A stretch of DNA of 63,804 nucleotides, counting the filler, from Octopus bimaculoides (lineage: Eukaryota), in the NCBI RefSeq assembly GCF_001194135.2. It is 4 parts of 4 records of this genome, joined end to end, with 100 filler letters (N's around TTAATTAATTAA, not from the genome) between each part and the next. Parts side by side here need not be neighbours in the genome. Positions count along the whole stretch, not along the records: positions 20,198 to 49,988 come from NC_068993.1; 3 more parts are not named here. The stretch is one strand, 5' to 3'. This document shows positions 26,213-38,666 of the stretch, in pieces (positions within the stretch are counted from its first letter, which is position 1; each line of letters starts with the position of its first letter). A program made the position numbers and the translations under genes. The notes beneath the pieces were generated by a model. The model was not told the DNA's origin and ran no database searches. It saw only the letters and a list, made by a program, of their open reading frames with translations.

Positions 26213-27950
26213 GTAAGTTTTTATTAAATATCTAAATACCTCAAATGAGTTTGTTATTAATTTAATCATGATATTCAGAGCAAATTAGTCCCATTTTTAT
26301 AGTGTATGCTATCTACACTTACTTTTTAAGAGAATATTTTTTGTGTTGTCATTCTTTAAGAGAACCATTGTAAGAGAATAGCCATGGTTGGACAGGAAAT
26401 GGTGTCTTCTTAGACAATAGTTATTTTTAAGACATAATTTTGAACTGCTTTCCATCTTCAACAAAATAGAATTGACAGGGTTTCCAACCTTTGATCCAAT
26501 GTTTTCATAGTAGCAAGTGATCAGTTTACTAAATTGTAACATAGGAACCATGGCTGGTACAGTGTTCTACAGAGCAGGAACCCTATGTAATTGTTGAATA
26601 TTTTATGGTAATTGAGGTGTGGGGTCTGGGGTAATGTTGTGATGGTGGTGGGATGCTGGGATATATAGTAGGAGGGGTTGGTGGGTGAAACAATATTAAC
26701 TGTAATAACAATCAATCAAACTTTAGATTTGTAAATTGTATCAATATATATATATTGATTACTGTTATTACATGCATTCTTTACCAATTGTCTACCTGAT
26801 AAATTTTCCTCTCTCAGTATATTGGTTTCTATTTCTAGGTGTGTCCTTTGCCAATTGTCTATGTGGTAAATCTATTGTTTGGATTAGGCGGCACCAAAAA
26901 ATTAAAGTAAGAGTTTTAAAATTCTTTGAAATCTTTCCACTGGATTGTTTCTTTAGAACAAATATAATTTTAAGTTAATAATTACTGTTTAATTTCATTT
27001 TGTTAATGTTTTACCAACTTCAGTTTCTCAGAAGAATTTAAAATTTTAAATATTTCTTCCAAACATATATTTGCCTGTGTCCAAGGGGATGTAGCAATCC
27101 CATGGCACGGAAGATGGGGGTGGGGGTGGAAGAGAGGAAGGTCATAGGGATCTGAACTCAACATTGATAAGGAAGGAACTCATTAACATAATATCTAAAT
27201 CCATTCTTAACAATGTTTAATTAAAGTGGAATTCTATTTACATTGATTATTTGAAAAAATAATTGTTTTCATTTTTGATTATTAATTAATTAGGCAGTGT
27301 TTACTAATACTGAATTTGTCTTAATTATCTGGTTTAATTAATACTTGTCAGGGAATGGATTGGAAACCTTTTAAAAGTGATTTGGAAGCAATTTTATTTG
27401 GTGCTTTCTTGTTTAATGAGATCTATTTGGGACATGGAGGGTGAGGGGTTGTAGTTGCTTGTTATAATAATAGGGATGGAGGTGGTGATAATGGTGGTGG
27501 GAATCGTGTGCGAGTATATGGGATGCGTGTGTGCGGAATCCCCTCAACTTATGACTCTCTGTTTGTCTTTACAGTTTGCCCATGTTCACTGTGCTGAGAA
27601 GATTTTCAATTCTATTTACCATGATTTTAGAATATTTTATATTAAAGTAAGTATTATTAAGCTTCATTCATATTCCTAGCATCTTTAAAATTGGTTCTGT
27701 TGAACCTTGCAATGAAACGTGTGGAATATTTTAGATTTTTGTTGGTGCAAATATATTGGAATTGAAGAAAGTCAAAGTTTGTCTTTAAGGAAATTATTTC
27801 CCCAAAATTCATTTAATATTTTTGAAGGTTTTATATTAAAAGAAATTCAGGCTCCAATCTGATTTGGCAGAGTTTCTACAGCTGGATGCCCTTCCTAACG
27901 CCAACCACTCCGAGAGTGTAGTGGGTGCTTTTACATGCCACAGGAATGTT

Positions 27951-28010
<60 letters not shown>

Positions 28011-29298
28011 TATGGAGATGCACTTGCATAGCAAGTGACCTGATCGTGTGTTGGAATGAAAACAATTGCAGCATGGAAGGTGTTTATAAGCCATTTAAGA
28101 AACACACAAAACCATTAGATTCACTTCAACATTTAAATTTAATTTGTCAAAATATTTTCGTCGCTTTGAGACCACGACCTGTTCACTGACAAAATTCCGT
28201 GCTGCCTGGAATTTTGATTTACTTTCGGGTGACTTTTGGCCGACCCTCTATACACACACACACAAGGGTAATGAATTTTCATTCAAAGCTGTTTTAAAAA
28301 CACAACTGTTCTACATTTGTTCTTTTTAAATAAGGTTTTTTTTCTTCCCATGTGCATGTTTGTGTTTTGCAGTCTGCATGTGTTTTCAACACCACTTGTG
28401 TGTGAAAATAAGTAAACCAATGTTTTCAAACAAAAGACGGTATCTCTCCCACCTGTACCACATTAACATTTCTTTATCCCTCTCAATAGTAAACTGCTGA
28501 GTTGCTAACCTGTATCAATAACTTTTATTATTCACAATACTAAACAGACAATAGACAAATACAATGGAATTTTAAAACATAAAACATTAGGAACAAAGCT
28601 GGATGTGTCTTAGATTGGATCTTAGAACTGATTTGACTGAGGACTGGTGAAACTAGTTTCACCAGTCCTCAGTCAAATCGTCCAACCCATGCTAGCATGG
28701 AAAGCGAACATTAAACAACGATGATGATGATGATGATGATGATATATTGTTTGTAGAAAACATAAATCTGGAGAAGAAGCACATTCTAAGATGTAGAGCA
28801 GTATATTTTTTTTACTGGGGAAGGCCAGTTTATGAAATTACCCTGAGTTTCCCATCCGTAAAGGGTTTAACTTTATGGTGTATTGTCAGACCCTAAAACC
28901 TGTTGGCCTATATATATAGGGAAAATAGAAGTTGAAAATGTACTGAGAATAGTTAAAATATTTCATTATTATTATTATTATTATTATTATAGTTAAAGAT
29001 TTAACCAGTTTTACAGTTTGCACTGATTTTCAAAATGTTGAAATAGAAATGCATGACTTATGTGACAAATGACTAATGTTTGAAGCTTGCACTGTGAGTT
29101 CATTACTCAAATTAGTAAATGTTTTCAGTAGGACTTGATTGGTAGAGGATAGTCAGCTGATTGGTCTTAGAAATGGTTATAGGTTCCCAGCTGGCATCGG
29201 CTGACACGGTTGACTGAACATGTCTAGTGACAGTATCAAACAAGGCTCTGAATGTTTTCTGTTCAACGTTTGTTGAGAATGAACATGTATGTGCGTAT

Positions 29299-29335
<37 letters not shown>

Positions 29336-32300
29336 ATAGCCATCCTTTGCAAGCAAATGTGACTTGGTAATACACTTTATACTTTTACTAATTACTTTTG
29401 GTACTTATGCAGTCACGAGCAGACATTGTCTCTTCCACTCTTGGCCAAGTAGAAGGTCCAGAGTGGGACAGCTGGAGAGAGAGAGAGATGGTGGAGTGGG
29501 TTGACAGTGGAGAGATCCAATTCTGTCCCATGATATATGTACAATAGGGTACTGTGAATATGGGGAAGTGACTGTGTGTGGAGTAGGTGGGAGAGCCATG
29601 AAGAGAGGAGTAGTGAGAAGCAAGAAAGTGGTATAGGGATGTCGGGCTGAGTGGGGGGGGGGCAGAGGAGAAGAACACTAAGAATATCCCAGACTCCATC
29701 ACTATTGTTTCAGCATCCTCTTTGCCTGCCATACCAGCTTGTAAGTGTAGGTCTCCTTGGATTGTGCTTGTTGTTAATTGTCACATTCCTTTGTCATCTC
29801 TTTTGACAAAGCAATCATAAAATCCGTCACAACCGCTTTGTTCCATGTCTTTCTAGATTTCACTCTTCATCACATTCTATCCATTTTCTACCATTTTATT
29901 TAGATCTCATCTCTCCTATCAGTGTAGTCTTTCCTCTCTTTCTCTCTCTCTACTTCGCATTCCTCTCATATTCAGCTTCTCTTTCAGATCAATTGTAGTC
30001 TGTTGTCCATTCACAACGTCACACACCTCCATCGTGTCACACCTCCATCGTGTCACACCTCTCTCTCTTATAGAACTTGTGAACTGATGGAATTGGTTTG
30101 ACGCTATTGTAACCAAAAGAAATCACTAGAAAAGATATTTGATTTTCACATTTTTTTTATTAATAACAGTTTACATTGTTATTTTATATTGTGATTTTTA
30201 ACAATTTAATAGATTTCTAGAAATATATCTTTTTTTTATTAACTTTCAATGTTTTTTTTCGTTTCTTTTCTGTTTGTTTCTGCATTTAGAACTAGAGCCC
30301 AAACTTATGTGCAATTTACAGTGTTCTTGATGATATTTGGTGCTCTGATAGCAGCAAGGTAAGCCTTTTCTTTTCTTTTCTTTTTTTAGTTTTAACCAAA
30401 ATAAAAGTATTTTTACGTTTAACATTTTCTTCCTAATTATCCATACTATCCCCACTAATTAGTAAATCTTCAACCGCTGACAAGTCCCTCTTTTTGCTTC
30501 TTCAGAAGTGGGCAGTGTCCATAACCTCTGCAGGTCACTCTTTCAAACTGGTCAGGTCCCAGCTCAAACTCATCATCTCCTCATCCCTACCTTCTCTCAC
30601 ACACGACACCTTCCACTAAACACATTCTGCAATTCCTTCCCCATTACAAACCTTTCAATCCCTCCACACACAGATTTATGCTGCACACAACTTGCTGAAG
30701 GTTTAACTGAAAATCTTGATGTACTCTGATTGTAAACTGTCACCACCATACAGCTGGTGTTGTTTATTTGCAATCCACCTCAAAAGCATGTCTGGACTGT
30801 TTATGGTTCAATAGACTTAGGAGTGGTGGGGGAGGAATTTTGTCTTGTTTGGGAAAAGGTAAAAGTTAGCAACTGGAAGAGCATCCAGCTTATGGAAAAC
30901 TGAAAAAGAATCCAGACTCTGAAGTCTTGTCTTATCCATTCTGGTGTAAAAAAAAAATAGACAAAAAAACCCGTTAATTATCTTATATTATATTATATGT
31001 ATTTACAGTTTTCATTTTGATGGTTTTCTCTCTTTTTTTTCCAGCTCTGATTTGACCTTTGACCTTATAGGTTATATCTTTATACTTTTAAATGATTTCT
31101 TCACCGCTTTGAATGGTGTTTATACAAAAAAGAAATTAGATGCAAAGGTAAGAACTTTACCTTTTTTGATTCCTCTGTTTTCTCTCTGTCTGTCTGTCTT
31201 TTCTCTCTCTCTCTCTCTCCTCTGTCTCCTTCCTACCCTCTCTCTCTCCTCTCTTTTCCCCATTTCTCTCTCTCTCTCTCTCTCTCTCTCAACAGTTATG
31301 TTGGCTACTCCTCAGTCCCACTGACCAGGGGTATTTATCACCCTGAACTGGTCATTACTCCTGGGAGTATGAATACCTGTAAAATGGAATTATTGCTTGC
31401 AGCTTGGTTAAAATTTCCAGGATGTTTCTGAGAAAAAATGAAATTTAATGCATTACTAATTAATTTTGCTAAGAAAATGTTTAAAATATTTTCACACAAT
31501 CACATAAAAGGAAATTTGTCTAAACCAATGACAGAGCTTCTGTGATATGATTGACCTGATAGAAACAGCACCAAATTTCCCTCAAATCACATCATAAAGG
31601 AGTCCATTAAATAATATAATCTTGCAGACATCCTAAAATGATAGATTGGTCACAGCTAGTGTCTTTGATCAGAGGACTGTCAACCAGGGTTGACTTGGGT
31701 TGAGCAACAAACAAAACGTATCTCAAATAAAAATTTAATTATTTATAGAATTATATTTACAAAATTAGTGACAATATTTTTTTTTTATAAATGTTTTTTT
31801 ATGTTTATATCTTTCAGGAACTTGGAAAGCATGGTTTGCTGTTCTACAATAGTTTATTTATGCTTATTCCAGCGACAATGATTGCAAAATTTACTGGAGG
31901 TTTAGAAGATGTGAGTATCATTTTTTTTTTTAGATTAAAATATTTTATTTTTTTAATTAAAGTTAATCTATTTACAAATCACTTCATTATTCAGATCACC
32001 CTTTCTAAGGCAGAGCCAATTAGCCTGTTGGACAAAATGCTTAGTGGCATTTCTTAAGGTCTTTACTTTCCGAGTTCAAATCCTGCTGAGGTCAACTTTG
32101 CCTTTCATCCCTCTAAGATCAAGAAAATAAAGTACTAGTTGTAATCAACTTAGCCACCCCCCCCCCTAAAATTGCTGGCCTTGTGCCAAAATTTGAAAGC
32201 ATTATTATTAAGGGCAGTAAGCTGACAGAAATGTTAGCTGCTGGGCATTTCTTCCAGTTCATTGTGTTCTGAGTTCAAATGCTACTAAAGTCAGCTTTAC

Positions 32301-32506
32301 CTTTTCATCCTTTCAAGGTCAATATAACAATTATCAGTTGAGTATTGAAGTCGAGACAATCCTTCCCACAAATTCCAGGCTTTGTGTCTATTAGTACAAA
32401 GGATTATCATCAGCAGCATTAGAGTAATGGATTAGCAGAATCCAAAGAACATCTCAAGAAACGTTTTACATTTTCTTTTTTAGTTTTTGCAATATAGAGG
32501 GGGCGT

Positions 32507-32566
<60 letters not shown>

Positions 32567-32925
32567 TGTGTCGTTATTTCACTCTGTTTTCTTTCCAAGA
32601 TGGGATTGACACATTTTTTTTTTTTAATAACTGGCCACCCTGAGCCAAAATGTTTCATTGGTCAATGTTTTATGCTGTCTGATGTCATTTCAAGCTTTTT
32701 CAAAGTTTAAGAATACAATTAAAGAAAATAATAAAGAACGTTTGACCTTTATTATTGTATTAATGCGGTAAAATACTGGACTCAGCTGTTAACAACTATC
32801 AGTGTTTCGGCCCATTTTTTAATGAGGTGTTGAAGTTAACCTAAATATTATTAATCTGGTTCCAAGAAAGAACTTTCCAGTCTTCACATTATATTATGTG
32901 TTTTTTTACTATTGTAATTATAACA

Positions 32926-32975
<50 letters not shown>

Positions 32976-35482
32976 TATGTTTTATAGGATTTGACAGTGA
33001 GGGTCTGTGGAGAATACATGGCATGCTTTGGTCTCCCACCCCACCCCTACACCCACAGCCTCTGATGGAATCATAAAGTTGCCATTGTGACATATCACCT
33101 TGCAGCTTCCATCCCTTCTCATTTCAGTTGATTTCCTCCAGAAAAAGACCAAAGAGAGGAAAAAATTAACCCCAATACACAACTGGTACTTCATCTATTA
33201 ACCCCTAAAGAATAAAAAGGAAAGTTGACCTCTACAAGATTTGAACCAAGAGTACAATGATCCAAAACTTGTGAGGTTAATCCCCTGTGAAGTCTCATTC
33301 ATTATTGTTGCTGTCATCTTAAACAGAAGTGGCAGTTATTGTATACATGGTGCTCTACACATTTTGTTGTATACACAATTTTATGTAAAAATTTTCAATA
33401 TTTAAATTTGTAGATTTAAAGTTTTCAGTTTTCTCTTTCATAAGAAATTTATTTGTATTTATTTTTTATTTCTTTTATTTTCAGATCATTTCTTTCCCAC
33501 ATTGGTCCGATCCTGTATTTATTGCTTGTTTCTTAATGTCTTGTGTTATGGGTTTTATTCTTAACTTCTCCATTGTTCTCTGTACGTCTTATAACTCCGC
33601 TCTGACAACAACTATTGTTGGCGTCATTAAGGTAAGATACTTCAGCATTTTTCATTTATTAAATGGAATTGTTGAAAATGTTTTAACCATCTGCTTAATA
33701 ACATAAATCTAAGATTAAACGGAATTAACTTCTAAGAACAGGAATTTACAGAAATGGTGATAGTCTGTAGGTTTATTTATTGAGTTGTGCTGATTTCTGT
33801 TAGGTTGGAAATAGGAACAGGACAAAGTGTATACAGTATTGTATACAGAAGAACATCACCATCACGTCTGTTTTCCATGCTGGCATGGGTTGGATGGTTT
33901 GACAGGAGCTGGCAACCCGCGAGAACTTTATACAATAGCATCTTATATATATATTTACAATATTATATAAAATAGTATGTTGTATATACACTATACATAC
34001 AGTATTATTTTCCTCACCATTACAATCACCTCTGTCCCATCTCCCCTCACACTTTTATGAAACATCCCCCTCTAGCCTCTTCCCTGTCCAATCCTCTTTA
34101 CCTCTTATGTTCATCCCCATTGTACCATTATTCCAACACATTTCCACCACCATCTCTCTCTCTCTCTCTCTCTCTGTCTCCCTAACTCCTCTGACTGGGA
34201 CAGCCAAGTATCTCTCCTATGTCTATCCTTCTGTTGTCATCGACTGGCACAAAGCCACCTCCTCCCTCAATACCACCCCCTCTCCCAGTCGGGGTTTTTA
34301 TCTTGCAAGTTATTTGGTGACCCCTGCCAGTGCTGGTGTCATGTAAAAAGCACCTGTAATGTGATTGGGGTTAGAAAGAGGCATCAGACCCCATAAAAAC
34401 CATGCCAGAGCAGACAATGGAGCCTGGTGCCATTCTCTGGCTTTGCCAGGTCTTGTCAGACCATCCAACCATGCCAGTATCTTGACCTTTCCACTTTATG
34501 AAATATCTACTACAAATACAGTAAACATTCAAAAACCACACAAATTTACAATATCTGGATTTTATTATTTTACTTTATTTCCAGTGTTGTGTCCTTTTTT
34601 CTCTTTTTTATTATTCCCTGTACACAATAGACAGGGCCTACTCATTTGTGTGTGTGTGTGTGCATTTAGTTGTCTGTCACACTTAAGTATTAGCATTTCA
34701 ATGATTGCAGTTGGTGCAGGTGCAACTGATCAGACCAATTCTAAACTAGCACTTTTTCACACACACACAAACACACACCATCTCAAATATCACTTATAAT
34801 GGTTTCATTTTTATAAAGGCCAAATATTTTAATCTTTTCAAATAATTAGCATAAATTGTAATTGACAAATGTTAATTTAGCCAAATTTCGCTTAGTCTGT
34901 TAATTACTATTAATTTCCAGTTGTCCTATTTCCATTTCAGAATCTGTTAGTTACATACATTGGAATGTTTATTGGTGGTGACTATATATTCAGTTACACT
35001 AATTTTATTGGTTTAAATATAAGGTAAGTGAGAACTGTAGCAGACTTTTTAGTCAAACGCTTTTAATAATTAGTGTCATTAATTGTGATGGTTGAGTGGT
35101 TAAAGTGGTTTCTCTACATCCATAGTAAATCCTTGGTTCAATCCCATCATGAGCTGGGCAAATGCCTTCTACCATAGCTTCACTTCTGCTAAAGTCTTCT
35201 CAGTGAAATTCAGTGGAAGCCTGGCACATAAATATATATATCATGTAATCACATGACCAACCAAGCTATCAGATGTTGTTACACAATGCTGACCATTATG
35301 TGCTTTTGCGTTGTTTTAGCCTTCCAATGATGCCACTCCGATGGCCAGGCAAACAGGCCAACATTCCCCACTGATTGAAAGTGGGGCTGGAGCAACATAA
35401 AGTGTACAATGCCCAGTCAGGGAATTGAACTCTTGATCTAATGATTGAGTCCAACAACCTAACCACAAGGCCATGCGCCTTC

Positions 35483-35522
<40 letters not shown>

Positions 35523-36645
35523 GTTATCTCATAAATAATGCGGATTTTTTCATACTTCTTTTACTTTTCATAATTAAAATAAACAAAGTTCTTTTCTAAT
35601 CTAAAATATTCTCTCCTTCATTTCCTGCAATGCTCTTCCATCTACCTGGTAGACTTTCAAGGCCCCTCTCCCATCACTTGTCTGTGATGGAAAATACTCC
35701 TCCAATACTGTTCTGACCTTGTCTACAGAATTCATATTTTTTCCATCCAAATGATTTTGAAGACTGGGGAATAAATGATAATCAGGTGGGGCAATGTCTG
35801 GTGAATAAGGTGGGTGGGGCATTGTTTCCCATTCAAACCGCTCCAGCCTCTGGAATGTCATGTGGCCAAGCAGTATCCTGATGGAAGAACACCTTTCGTC
35901 TTGCTTTGGTCATTTTTGGCACAAGAATCTTTCTGTAATTCTGTCCAATTTTTGTTAATATCATTTTCACTTTTCCTTTGCTACATTAAAATATACCAGG
36001 AGCATTTTTAAATGCTGCTCAACCTGCTAAAAGTAACTGCCAAACAAACCTTAGATCACACCCTTTGGCTTTAAGAAACCGCCACACACAATGTAGTCTT
36101 ATTCAGGAAATAAAATGGTATGGTCATGGCTGGAATGTCTTTGCTTATAGGTCTACGTGATCAAGACTCAACAGCTAAGTCTTACACATTCTCTCTCTCT
36201 GTCTCTCAGGTAAGGGGACATTACTCTCCACAGATAGCGCTTTTAACTTCACTCCACCAATCCCTTTAACTCAACCAAGTGACCTTTCTCTTTCTCTCCT
36301 TCACTCTACCCGCACTCAGTTATCACCTTAACTCAGCAAGGTGACCTCTCTTGATAATACCTTACCTTTAAACTCTGTGCTCCTAACCTAGCTCCTTCTT
36401 TCACCAAGCTCTTCACACATTGACAAGGGCTGTCTCTGACCTTCTTTCCATCAATTTCGGTTGTGCATCCAAGTTTATATGTTTAGCTGAAAGCCTTACT
36501 TATTGCTGTTGCTGCTGATATCTGACAATTTCTAATTCAATGTGTTTTCTCTTGCAGTGTCTTTGGCAGTCTAATGTACACCTACATGACATTTCGAAGT
36601 GTACCAGATGCACCAAAATCTTCAAATCAGTTACAACGAGCTTAG
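26126..36645 (+). CDS. SLC35D1/D2: SLC35D1/D2-like (fringe connection / sqv-7 family) UDP-sugar transporter; nine spliced exons, 5'-incomplete
   Basis: Nine AG...GT exons with compatible phases join to 810 nt: [68 protein letters not shown]...[34 protein letters not shown]...[71 protein letters not shown]...QRA*. The motifs [23 protein letters not shown] and GGDYIF are characteristic of SLC35D1/D2. Which vertebrate paralogue is closer cannot be decided by eye. Confidence 0.95.
26839..26906 (+). CDS. SLC35D1/D2: SLC35D-like exon (68 nt) [22 protein letters not shown](N)
   Basis: atttctag|GTG ... AA|gtaaga; phase 0/2. Confidence 0.93.
27575..27646 (+). CDS. SLC35D1/D2: SLC35D-like exon (72 nt) [23 protein letters not shown](K)
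   Basis: ctttacag|T ... AA|gtaagt; phase 2/2. Confidence 0.95.
27847..27945 (-). mobile_element. RTE-type 3' tail fragment
   Basis: Reverse complement of part of the 54830-55172 copy. Confidence 0.8.
28141..28196 (-). ncRNA. Candidate minimal type I hammerhead ribozyme, variant core (G3-C8, extra nucleotide after A9)
   Basis: Minus strand AAUUUUGUCA-GUGAACA-G-GUCGU-GGUCUCAAA-GCGAC-GAA-AAUAUU-U-UGACAAAUU: 7-bp stem I, core, 5-bp stem II, GAA, palindromic stem III, NUH = UUU. Folded by hand; activity untested. Confidence 0.6.
28630..28745 (+). mobile_element. RTE-type 3' tail with (GAT)n end; the 5' junction is a perfect 50-nt palindrome (28630-28679)
   Basis: GATTTGACTGAGGACTGGTGAAACT-AGTTTCACCAGTCCTCAGTCAAATC. 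Confidence 0.85.
29690..30060 (-). mobile_element. Decayed RTE-type LINE 3' fragment
   Basis: Decayed ...[10 protein letters not shown]... C-terminal ORF pattern; short tandem acacctccatcgtgtc duplication. Confidence 0.45.
30290..30358 (+). CDS. SLC35D1/D2: SLC35D-like exon (69 nt) [22 protein letters not shown](S)
   Basis: gcatttag|A ... AG|gtaagc; phase 2/2. Confidence 0.92.
31045..31147 (+). CDS. SLC35D1/D2: SLC35D-like exon (103 nt) [34 protein letters not shown]
   Basis: ttttccag|C ... AAG|gtaaga; phase 2/0. Confidence 0.95.
31818..31910 (+). CDS. SLC35D1/D2: SLC35D-like exon (93 nt) [31 protein letters not shown]
   Basis: ctttcag|GAA ... GAT|gtgagt; phase 0/0. Confidence 0.95.
33485..33631 (+). 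CDS. SLC35D1/D2: SLC35D-like exon (147 nt) [49 protein letters not shown]
   Basis: attttcag|ATC ... AAG|gtaaga; phase 0/0. Confidence 0.95.
34941..35023 (+). CDS. SLC35D1/D2: SLC35D-like exon (83 nt) [27 protein letters not shown](S)
   Basis: catttcag|AAT ... AG|gtaagt; phase 0/2. Confidence 0.95.
35240..35484 (-). mobile_element. tRNA-derived SINE (fourth family)
   Basis: Head GCGCATGGCCTTGTGGTTAG...GAGTTCAATTCCC (A and B boxes). Confidence 0.65.
35518..36010 (-). mobile_element. Mariner transposon 3' half with terminal repeat
   Basis: [33 protein letters not shown]; repeat tattgggttatctcataaataatgcgg. Confidence 0.9.
36558..36645 (+). CDS. SLC35D1/D2: SLC35D-like terminal coding exon [28 protein letters not shown]
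   Basis: ctcttgcag|T GTC ... TAG; matches the SIAGSLVYSYITF-type last helix. Confidence 0.9.
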
Positions 36646-37038
36646 TTCCATTTAGTTATTTATTTGAAGGTATTCATTTATTATCATCATCATCATCGTT
36701 GTCGTTGTCATTGTTACTGATGTTGGCAGAATTGGTAGAGTGTCAAACAAAATACATTCCTTTATGTTCTGAGTTCAAATCCAGCGACAGTTTTAAAGAA
36801 AAGTCTCTTCCCTCAAACACCAACTGATGACCTTTTGGTCAGGGTGAAATTTTTAAGTAATGACTACAATGGATGGGCAGTGAACCTCTGTGTGCGTGCG
36901 TGTGTGATTTAGCAAATCATTTTCTCTTTGGAACACAATCAGCTTCTCTGATAAATTATCAGTTCTCTGACCTTGCTGATATGTGAAGTCAGAGAGATAA
37001 ATCTGCAGATTTCTCCATTAGGGAGAGAAAATACAATG

Positions 37039-37139
<101 letters not shown>

Positions 37140-38263
37140 TCTCTCTTGTGTTTTGGCATAAAGCTTTTTTGCTTGTTTTAAGAATTATTGGCAAAATCTC
37201 AGTAGTTCCAGTTTCTGGGTTTAGACCCATTTTATAAGTGGAAGCAAATAAATCAGTTTGTTTTGTGGATCTTCTCTCTGTAAAATTGTCGGAGAATTTG
37301 ACTGGCTCAGCTATTTACAACCTTCTATAAGCTAACCGGTTCCTTCTAAACAATGGTGCTTCTATTTTCTCATGCATTGATGCTATTCTTTTTTACATAA
37401 AACTAGAAAATTTGTGGGGGTTGGGTTTATACTTTATCTGGCCCCTAGTTTCCTTCAGAGTTCATTCTTATTGACAAGGAAACCCTTTCTTATCTACTTA
37501 AAATGATTTTTATTTTCTTTACCAATGAGAAAATAATTTGAGCTATTTAAACAATTTGAAGTCTTTGTTCTTCATCCCATTGATGAGAGAATGGTATTTT
37601 TGTGAAGCAATGCAAGAATATTTTCTGTCACATTATGGTAAAAGAAAGATCATTCAATGCCAGTTTTCTTTGCTGGCATAGGTTGAACCAAAAGTCGTTA
37701 ACATTAATTAACATAAAATAATCTTTCTGTTCAAATTTCTTGACGCTCTCCATAAATTTCTTTCAGGATGTTTGATGTCATTTGACTGAAGCCCAGAAAT
37801 TGGTTGGATGTCTTCTGGAAACCAATGGACTTGTGTTAAATTGAAAATATTGTTGGTTCCATTATTACGAATCTCAACAAACTTTGACACTCACTACAAT
37901 ATTTATTGAGCAAATTATATTTTTCTTTCTTTTAATTAATTATGTACTGTATTCTAAGCAATTTTTCACGGCTTGTAAATATCTTTTATATTGATGGAAA
38001 CTGTTATCGAAGATTTTCAGTTCTTCATTTTTAAAATAGATGTGAAGAAAAGCTGGTTTCAGCTTCAAACCTATTTTCACAAGTGATATGAAAGCAGGCC
38101 ATTCTATGAAATGAAAATAAATCCTAAAGACTCTTGAAATGTGAGATATGTTGCGAGAAAGCCATATCATGACAAAGAGAAAACATTGTTGTAATTGTAT
38201 GTTTGAGATCTGGAGAGAGAGAGAAAAAAAAATGACAGCTCTGAACATGTATAAAAATGACAT

Positions 38264-38296
<33 letters not shown>

Positions 38297-38622
38297 TGTA
38301 AAAACAACTTTGTTCATATCATTTCTTATCATTACTTTATGAATAAAAGACTTTTTATATTCTAAGAAAAGCATTTTGCTGTGGGTTTACCATCCTATTT
38401 CAGTGTCGTTGGCTGTCGTTCCAGTTTGATTCATACTGTGATGGCAATCAAAAGTATTTTAAGTTGTTACTTTCGTTAATTCTGTCACCATTTTCCTGGC
38501 GACAATTTATGCATCAAATTTTCATATTGATAGTCAACTGTAGACTTGTATTTGTCATCATCATCATCATCATCATTATTGACTAACAAATATCAAATAT
38601 AAGCTTCATCAATGTTACAAAC

Positions 38623-38666
<44 letters not shown>

